From Antedon mediterranea (Eukaryota; Animalia; Echinodermata): 64,000 nt of DNA. How positions within the stretch are numbered: the first letter of the stretch is position 1; each line of letters begins with the position of its first letter. Of the stretch, positions 32,087-41,587 are shown piece after piece. The translations under genes and the position numbers were made by a program. The notes under the pieces are model-generated. The model had not been told where the DNA came from. It ran no database searches and saw only the letters and a list, made by a program, of their open reading frames with translations. The DNA lies in contig NC_092678.1 in the NCBI RefSeq assembly GCF_964355755.1, positions 21,655,365-21,719,364 on the forward strand, written 5' to 3'.

Positions 32087-34198
32087 ATGATGAAAATGAA
32101 GATCACGATTATGATTACCTATATTCTCTTGGTTAATTCTCTCGTATCGATCAGCACAAACGGTGAGTATTTAAAGGCCTACTGCTAGTAATGTGTATAA
32201 AAGCAAGGTGTCGAAATGCACGTGTTTGGCCAGGTTATTCATAGAACACCATATGTAGAACAAGTCTTTCCTGATTAAGATTATTGTCACATTACCATAT
32301 TGTTTCTAGTAAACACACATAGCTCTTGAGTCAGAGTACATCTGAACTTAGAGCATGACGGTTGCGTCATGCTCTAGGTTCAGATGTACTCTGACTCAAG
32401 AGCTATGAAGAAAGTGGAACGTTCTACCATTATAAAAACTAAAGTTGCTACTGCAGCTACAGAATTATGAATAAAAGCTTTAGCGAATGCTGTGTCATGA
32501 CATTGCATTATGAGTTTACCAACGGTAGGCCTACACCACATTTTGGGCGTGTGTTTATGTCATCCCAGGGAATGATTCTTTTCCTCTAAAGTTTGGTTCT
32601 TTAGGAAGACGCAACGGAGAGACATAAGCCGCAACGCAAGGGAATTGACCAATCAGAAGTAATGCTTGGTTCCCACTTAGAGACGCACACAACGACGTAA
32701 CGCAGCGTAAGGGATTTGACCAATCACAAGCGATGGATTTATTTGACTGTCGCTTGTCATTGGTCAACTCGTTTGCGTTGCGTCTACGTCATTGCGTTGC
32801 GTCCTAGTTGCAACCAAGTGTCGATTAATCCATCGCTTTCGATTAGTTAAATTATTGCGTTTACGGCTTACGTCCTAAAAGTGGTAACCAAGCTTCGGTT
32901 GCAATTTATTTCTTTCAAGCTACATTTATTATAACCTTTGACATGTTTGAAACCAACAGGCTCTGGTTGCCAGGATCTGTGGCATCCTTTTGGTCGAAGC
33001 TGCTAAAGATTATTTGAGAACACTCTCAACTGGTTTGATTCTCTAGAAGCTTGCGTCGCCAATCAGGCAAGTTTAGTGACAATCGATACCGAACAAAAGA
33101 ATACGTTTATAGTTGAAATGTGTAACGGCAGTTGCAACGTTTGGATTGGGTTTAACGACATAGACATTGAAGGTCGTTGTCAGTGGACCGCCGAAGCCGA
33201 GGATAATACTTTTACTAGTACGGTATATTATTTTAGTTGTAGAGGCTTCGAAATATATGTATTAATAACAATAGTTTTGTAACAAATAGTTTTAATATTT
33301 TAATTTATTATTAGTTCTGTAGCAATTTAACTGACTTATAAAGAAATGAATTGATGTTACTTTTAGACGTTTTTATTCCACAGAATGGCAATCCGATGAG
33401 CCAGACAATTATGATCCTGGTTATAGTGATGCTAATACTGGAGATTGCGGCATGATGATTGGAACAACATGGAGGGATTTCAGCTGTTATTTTCGGCTTG
33501 TCATCTCCATCTGTGAAAGAGGTACAGCCTAGAAACGTCAATATTATCGAGATATGGTCACAATTCTAACGCTTAGATTCAAACTAGGGACGATACGCAA
33601 GGACGTTAACGTAACGCAAGCGAGCAAGTGACCAGTATAGCAATCGATAGTTCGAATAATCCATCACTTCTGATTGGTCAAATTACTTGCGTAGCGCCTA
33701 CGTTCTTGCGTTGGGTCCTGTCCTGTGGGAACGAAGCTTTGATGTTGAATATTTGATATTTGTACCGTAATATCTATTAATAAAGATATTCTATTCCTCG
33801 TCTACACCCAACGCCACATCTAATTTAACTCTTCCATTCCCTCTCTTCTCTCTAAAGAAGAATGAGATTAGTGAACCCATGTCTTCAAACACTATTAGAG
33901 CTTTATTGATTGAATCTATTTAGGTATGGATATCTACACATCGAAGCGAGTTTACAGTGAAAGTGGTAGCCCAGTCTGCTTGAAGGAAAGTGAATTGGCG
34001 GACCTGACACTGAGAAGTACGACGTCTGTTCGTAGTCGCATTGATTGCTTTAATCTTTGCATTTCTGTCAATTGCACTGGGTTCCAGGTTCAGATCATAT
34101 CGAAAAGCACCCTGACATGTGACCTCCTTCGAAATGAAGGAGAGCATGCGCAGTATAAATTTGGACATACTGATTGTCACATGTACCGTGTTACTTAA
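32087..34198 (+). pseudogene. Secreted C-type lectin + PAN/apple-like gene D, with premature stop
   Basis: Exons 32087-32162, 32960-33217, 33384-33521 (EPD...DC...WRDFSC...ICER), 33924-34198; TAC>TAA at 33004-33006. Confidence 0.85.
32318..32407. repeat. Near-perfect 90-bp palindrome (43-bp arms, 4-nt loop) in lectin D intron 1
   Basis: CATAGCTCTTGAGTCAGAGTACATCTGAACTTAGAGCATGACG-GTTG-CGTCATGCTCTAGGTTCAGATGTACTCTGACTCAAGAGCTATG, single T/G mismatch. Confidence 0.92.
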
Positions 34199-34694
34199 GT
34201 ATGTTATTCAATGGATTTGATACTGAAGTAATTGAGTTAATTTGTTTTAAGGGCTTAAATTTCCCCAAAAAACGTTGCTAAAGACTTTATCTCAAATAAC
34301 GAATACAAAACATTTATCTGTTTTATAACACTGTCTGACTGTCCAATTCTAATACGATAAACTTGTGAATCCACTGCTTCGTTAAAACGAATATTTTAGG
34401 TCCGTCTGTCGGACAGAGAGACGCCGTCAAGAAGCAGAACAGTTATATAGACGAGGTGGCACTGAATGTACATTTTCGGTCACAAAAACAAAGTATACAT
34501 TTTACAAACAAATTGATACCCGCCAATCGACTAGTCAACCGCAGAAAACTGTAGAAAATTAACTTAATTCAAATAGAAAAAAACACTTTGGGCCACAAAC
34601 CAAAGCGGTTACTTACTACATATATATGTTTCTGACTTAATAGATAGCCTATTTAATATTTGTAATTTGTAAAATTATTTTCTACAATTAATCC

Positions 34695-35648
34695 TTATTT
34701 TCTTTGATTTTTCCTGATGGCGCATGAGCAAAATAATTCATTTATCGACCTTTTATATTCCTTCCGCAAGTTAGAATTTAGCAAGCTGTAAATAAGCGGA
34801 TTCATGATTGAATTTGAAAATAAAAACACGTCTGAAATGTTGGTAAACCACAATGGCCACGTATGGTTGATAAGCAATCCGATTAGATGTATAGATTTTG
34901 GTGTAATACATAAAAGGAACACGATAAGAATCGTCGCAGTCATCCGAGAAGCCTTCAGGTCCGATATGTTGATCTTCTGTCCAATACGTGATGCTCTCTC
35001 CTTCATGTGTCTTCTCGCTATTCGAAAAATGTACCAATATGCGACTAACATTATGGGTATATTCAGTAACAGTGTTGGTATGTTAAAGTAAAAGAAAATC
35101 GTATGTCCGTATCTGAGATAAAACGTTTCAAATTGTTTGCAGTTTATCGATGTATAGTTGGTGATGATACCGGCGACAAACGGTACACTGTATGAAATAC
35201 TACCTGTGATAACACCAAAGAAATTACCAACAATACTGATCCGAACTGCTCTCCCTGTCGTCATCCACACCCGATATCGGATCGGAAACCGGACGGCATA
35301 AAAGCGATCTCCTGTCATGATCATTAAATTCGCAAATGACATGGCTAGCGTCGTGATTCCTGCCGCAAAATACAGGTGGAAACAAGGCAGCCCTGGTTTC
35401 ACGAATGCAACAACTGCAAACGGAACGCCAATCAATCCGGTTAGAAAATCAACAGCAGCTAAAGATCCAGCAAAAATATTAACAGGTTTCTTTGCTATAG
35501 CCGAACTTCGGTAAAGCGTGAAAAGAACGATAAAGTTGCTGAATAAAATTAGGACAATAATAGGAGCGTAGATGTATACATTATAGAAAGAAATTAGGGA
35601 AACTTCTTTGCCATCATCAGTCACAGTGTCGTTTATGTACTCGTTCAT
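34695..35648 (-). CDS. Single-exon class A GPCR, copy 4 (317 aa)
   Basis: SLAAVD, GDRFY, FLLCITP, NSIMNPLIY; same family as copies 1-3. Confidence 0.93.
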   Translation of the reverse strand: MNEYINDTVTDDGKEVSLISFYNVYIYAPIIVLILFSNFIVLFTLYRSSAIAKKPVNIFAGSLAAVDFLTGLIGVPFAVVAFVKPGLPCFHLYFAAGITTLAMSFANLMIMTGDRFYAVRFPIRYRVWMTTGRAVRISIVGNFFGVITGSISYSVPFVAGIITNYTSINCKQFETFYLRYGHTIFFYFNIPTLLLNIPIMLVAYWYIFRIARRHMKERASRIGQKINISDLKASRMTATILIVFLLCITPKSIHLIGLLINHTWPLWFTNISDVFLFSNSIMNPLIYSLLNSNLRKEYKRSINELFCSCAIRKNQRK

Positions 35649-37312
35649 TTTCCTTGATCCCTTGTCTCCTGAAAATGACTAATTGTAATGTATTGGCATA
35701 AACTAATAACGTGTATAACTGTATATCGATTGGGCATTTTCCTGTCAGGGACGTGTGTTATTTGTTTAGACATTACATATTGATATTTGATATATAACAT
35801 TTGATTTGATATTACCGTGCCATCATACAAGTCCACATCGATCTTTTAATAATGAATATATAATTGACTTCAGGTTGCTTGCAAAAGTTGAGACGTACCA
35901 CAAACGTCTGAAACCTATAGTCCGTATACGTTTTATGCAAGGCTGTCTCTTCATTGTGACATTAGCACATTTAATTAGGCCAGAAACTAGAGGCCTAAAA
36001 CTACATAGGCAATCTCCCTTAATGCTATGAGTTTTACATTTAATAATTGGGTGTCCAAAATGTCTCTTATCTACGGTATCCATTAATTATTATACTATGT
36101 TAAAAATATTTCCATTTATATTCGCGCTTTGCCAGACTTGTTTATTGACCCGAGAGTAGCTAGAAAAAACATGATGCTTTGGAATCGTTCAACCATATCG
36201 CACTAAAAACTTTTTTAATACGATCGCGGTGATTTTTGGTGAATGAAGACGATGGTGAGTTAATTATAAAAGTTAATGAATAGAATTTAGGCATTTGTAA
36301 AAACGGCGGCCAAAATAATCAGACCGACTCGATACCTAGCTAGTATAGTGTATGAGCTAGCCTAGGCCTAGGGAGGATAAGCATAGAAGGCGCCATAGAG
36401 TAGGCATATCCATAGGCTGCAGAAGAATCACCACCACACACACCGACACGACCCGTCGCTTATCAGACCAACATGCACAGAGGGTGGCGTTTTGAATGGG
36501 ATATATTACATCGCGTCATCACATACGTCATACTTCTAGCTAAATAAAGTCTCGCAAAGCGCGAACATTTCTAGTAAACACACTTTTTAAATAAATCGTA
36601 AACAATAAATGTTGAATTGTTTTATTGTTTCCTTTATCTAGCTATCTGGATATTAAAGTGTTTCTTTAAAATACCAGACTAACCATTTTGGCAAATTTAA
36701 GCCTAATACAGGTCAAATTACCAATTGAAGTGACGGTATCTATCTCTTGTATGTTGACAATAGTGAAAACTCATGATTTGGTAGATTTTCCGTGCACTTG
36801 TGACGTCACAGCAATTTACGTCGACGGCTGCACAGCGAGCGCGCGCGGCGATATCGTAAATCTCGTAATTGTTCTGAAAGCATATGTACATCCCTAATAC
36901 GTTGTTAAAATATGGTTCTCGGCCAAGTTTTCCTTTAATTTTCGTTTTTCAAGTGATTCTACGATAACCAATTATGTAGTTATACAGACTTTTTGATTTG
37001 CACCTCCACTATGTCGACTGATAACCTATGACCCCATTTTCAAGATTCTGCAACTGTCACAAGACAGATTCTAACTGACTATCGCAAGTCATTTAGAAAC
37101 GAGCGATGTGATCAGTTCATGAAGTAATGCGACTCCTATGGTAGTTAATCAATTCTATGTGCCGGTCGTCGCAACCAAACTTTGAACGATTTAAAAGTGG
37201 ACGACTTAAAAATGACGTAATGCATAATTTAAATAAAGTCCTATAGGTCATAGGTCGTTGATGCAAATTGAAAGCACCCAAATAATCCAAATCCACAATA
37301 AATTTTCAATTG

Positions 37313-40300
37313 CTAATGTCTGCAAATAATTGTACTTATGGACTTTTTGTATTCTTTCCTTAAGTTTGAATTTCCCAAACTGTAAATAAACGGATTCATC
37401 ATCGAATTGGAGAATAAAAGTACGTCTGAAATATTGCAAAACCAGACGGACCACGTTTGATCGCTGTACTGTATAGATCTTAGTACATGATATATAGCTT
37501 TTGGTGTAATGCATATAAGAAACACGCTAATAATAATGGCAGTCATCTTCGAAGCCTTCAGATCTAAAGTGCTGATCTTCTGTCCAATACGCAATGCTCT
37601 CTCCTTCATGTGTATTCTCGCTATTCGAAAAATATAAGAATATATGAGGCGCTCCAGCTCAAAATCAGCATCCAGATCAAATTTTTAAATTCCTATCTTT
37701 TTATAAATTCATATTCTTTGCATATTAAGCTTTACAATGATATATCATACATTAAATTTAGTTGAACCTATCCAAAGTTATAAGCCAAAAACTAAACAGC
37801 ACTTTCACTAAAAGGAAATCCAGGTTTTAGAGGAAAATGACTTTGAAATCAACAGAGCGTAAACTGTGCTGGTTTTGGAAAAGGACAGTCAAAACACCAT
37901 AGCAACAGTAAAGTTCCCATTGTCTGATTCTAAAGAAATTTTGCACACACAATAACAATACAATAAAGAACATTAGTTGTTAAAATCATTAATTTATTTC
38001 AACATTATCATTTTCAAAACCAGTATTTTCTCAACTGAATGCCAACAAAATGAAAGTCGACAAAGCATGACACTGAGAAAATTTATATACACATTTTTGA
38101 ATTACTGTATTAAGTGAAAGTATAAAATAAAAGTATAAATAAAAGTATATTAATAAATTGCTATTAAAGTTATTGCCATGTTAAAAAAGTTAAACCAGTA
38201 TGAGATGATCATCAAAAAATTTCATTTAATAGAAAAGTGAATAGATTGCACATTAAAATATAAATACAAAACAAATAAAAATTAAAATATTTGACCAGTT
38301 AAAATTGCCGCAACTGTCACTTAAAATCTATATTAATTTTATTGCAAATAAATAAATTGCTAAACAATATTTTTAACTCTACAACAATATATTGCGACAG
38401 GACCTCTACTCGCTTGGAGCGGGACACACAATATCCCTTGCCTCAAATTTACAAAACTCTCGTACCGAGTCATAGAGGTATGATTGCCTTTTAAATGATA
38501 AACCAGGGTATGGAATGGGTTCAGGTAAAATAAGTGGAGGTATGTTTTCATTCTTGAGCAACTGTAGGCTTCGTTCTGGCGTATCAATATACTCCTTGTA
38601 ATACACCATACATAAATTCTTCCTCAAATTGTTTTAGGCAAACGTTTTTGTCGGGTCCGTTACCACATCTGCAGCGTTTGAATGATCGGATTTTCTGCAG
38701 TTCTTCATCATTTTGAATGTTACACCAATCTGCAGTTTTGTCACAACTAAAGAAAAACAAATACAGTCAGTTTAATTTAACAAACAAGCATGAATGTATT
38801 TGTAAAAATCAAATTTGCTTATTGACATTTTTAATTAGCCTAAGCCTAGGCCTAAGTTGACTTTATTTTACCTCAACTAATTTATTGAATTTAGTATAGT
38901 AGACCATAGGCCTAGCCTAGTAATATTAATAATATAAAGTTAAAGTTATATCATTTCTTCATAGTGATATTTAACATTTAATGTGACAAGACGGATTTTA
39001 GTTTACATACAAGAAAAAATAAAATGTACTTACAGAGGCATTTCATTACATCTAAGGACGTCTACCCTCTGGATAACGGGCCTAGGATGGCCATTCTCCA
39101 CTTCGTCATCGTCAGCAAAAAGTAGTAGACCTAGGCTAGGAAGGAGGTAGGAGGCCTATCTAGAGACTCTAGGGCCCTACTACTAGCTAGTTGGTCATCA
39201 TGAGTTGGTTGAGATACTTCAGCATCCTCATTATTAAAACCAAAATCATTGGCACCATTTAACGCATCTAGAATTTCCTTAGGCGGGTCCTTCCGAGACA
39301 TTACGAACGTATTGCGAAAAATCAGTAATATAAATAATAGTTATTGCTCGCTAATGAATAAAGTATGTTTTCGTCGTGAGAATTTTCCTGGAACATGTGT
39401 TGTTCGATCTACTTCGCGCAGGCGCGGTAGCCAGATCGAAGCGTAAACATAGCAAATGCGCATGCTCAGTAATGATGTAATGAAAATTGACCAATCAGCA
39501 ACGTAGTTTTTACAGATTTGTTTGGGCAAGATAGCAACAACAAGACGGCAATAAGACGATGTTTCATTGGTTAGAATAATATTTATCCAACGAATCCAGG
39601 GCAGGGTTAGATAGAATAAAATCTAAGCTTTCTGCCGATACCAAACATGGCGGAGTTTGTGAAGGAGAAAGCCTATGATACTTCTAGCGAAAAATGGAGT
39701 ATTTTATTGTCGTTCGGGCACTGTACATTTTTGTTTTCAGATATTTTAAAAGAAACACACTTCAAAGATTACGGAATTTAACACATTTATATTTATTGGT
39801 TCATAATAAGACTTCGTGGGTAGGTAAAACACATATCAATAATTCATATTATGTAAAAAAAATAAAATTGAAAATTTTTTCAAATTCGCTGAAATTGAAC
39901 TTTGTGATAGTTATTACATAGGTTGGTCTATTGCGACACAGCGCCGCTTTTGAGCTGGAGCGCCTCATATAATCAACATCATTGGTATGATAAATGCCAT
40001 TGATAGTGTGTTAAAATAAAAGAATACGAATTCTCCATATATGGGATAGAGATTGTCAAATTGTTCGCAGTTGTATGTCGATGTCGAATGGTTGAAGTTC
40101 ATTATTATTCCGGCTACAAAAGTTACACCAAATGAAAGAACACCGGTGATAAAACCAATCAAATTACCAACAATACTGATCCGAACTGCTCTTCCTGCCG
40201 TCATCCACACCCGATATCGAATCGGAAACCGGACGGCATAGAACCGATCTCCTGTCATGATCACTAAATTTACAAAAGACATGGCTATCAAAGTTATTTC

Positions 40301-40582
40301 TGGCGCAAAATACAAGTCGGAACAAGGTAGGTTTGAATCTTGTTTTATAAAACCGACGACCGCGAATGGAACGCCAATCAATCCGGTTAGAAAATCAACA
40401 ACAGCTAAAGATCCGACAAAAATATTAACAGGTTTCTTAGCTATAGCTGAACTTCGATAAAGCGTGAAAAGAACGATAAAGTTGCTGAATAAAATTAATA
40501 ACATAATAGGAGTGTAAATGTATATAAAATGCCAGTACATAGTTGAAACTTCGTTAATGCCAGTCGCATTAGTGTCCGCCAT
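37313..40582 (-). pseudogene. Class A GPCR copy 5, interrupted in TM5 by a DNA transposon
   Basis: 5' part 40582-39971 and 3' part 37645-37313 join in frame (...IPMMLII-YSYIFRIARIHMKER...) after removing 37646-39970, giving a 314-aa receptor without other lesions. Confidence 0.92.
37646..39966 (-). mobile_element. Internally deleted Sola-like DNA transposon (2321 bp)
   Basis: 19-bp perfect TIR GAGGCGCTCCAGCTCAAAA, 4-bp TSD ATAT (37642-37645, 39967-39970); minus-strand transposase remnants: acidic N-terminus near 39302, RCRCGNGPDKNVCLKQF near 38680-38630, C-terminal PGLSFKRQSYLYDSVREFC...CPAP (38406-38610); no catalytic core. Confidence 0.8.
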
Positions 40583-41587
40583 GTTGTTGCCTAATGAGCA
40601 ATACAATCATCAGTTTAATATAATTGTATCATCCTGGTATTGATTATGCTACTATTGATAGGTTAATTTGTATTTTTATAAAATCAAGAAATTTGATACA
40701 TATTGTAATATAAATCTAGCGTGTTTGTTTTCATTGTAACTCGGGTAAACTTTATTGCATACTTCAGTGTCAAATTTTTGTCATTTGATTTCGAGGTGGA
40801 GGTGATTTCTTTCGGCGTGGTTTTGGATATGTTATTATATAAAATCTAAATAAATTCCTGTAATTTGATTGGACAGTTGTGGGTCACATGGCGTGCAATA
40901 GTATGCACTATTTAACATCGTGTTAAATAGTAATTTTTTTCGTGTTTTTTATTTTTATCTTTTTTTGTGCACGCGATAGACCGATGAATATTGCAACTGA
41001 AAAATAATAGATGAAATAAAAGTATACAATACTAAATGTTGTTCTTAAGAGTGAGATGTGTTTAATAACATTAGCTGCAAGCAACATTGCACAATATTAC
41101 AGTAAAAGAGGCAATAACTTGAGTCCCATTTGGTACCTTCCTCTCACCCCATACATAATTCCACTGTTATTAATCAATATTAATTGTAATATATTTTGAC
41201 AAACTCAACAATTATTATTAGGCCTGTGTCTTATTTTCACATTTATCTGCTTTCAATAATATTTACATATATTATTAGTAAACAGTTGCATAATTATAAA
41301 ATTATTTACTATGCGCAAATAATTAAAGGCAAAATTGAGGTAAACTTAGATAAAAAATAAAAACAAATTATAAAGCGAAATATTTACATATGTTTCTTAT
41401 CATGATTATAATAAAATTTACAAATAAATAAATATATATCTTGAAAACTGTTTTTTAAAATGATTTACAATAACTTCATTTAATACCTTTAAAAAATGAA
41501 ATGTTGTATTAACTTTTAATACTACAAATTAATTTCATAAAAAAAAAAAGAAAAAAAAGCACACCAGCAATAATATTTAAATAATAA

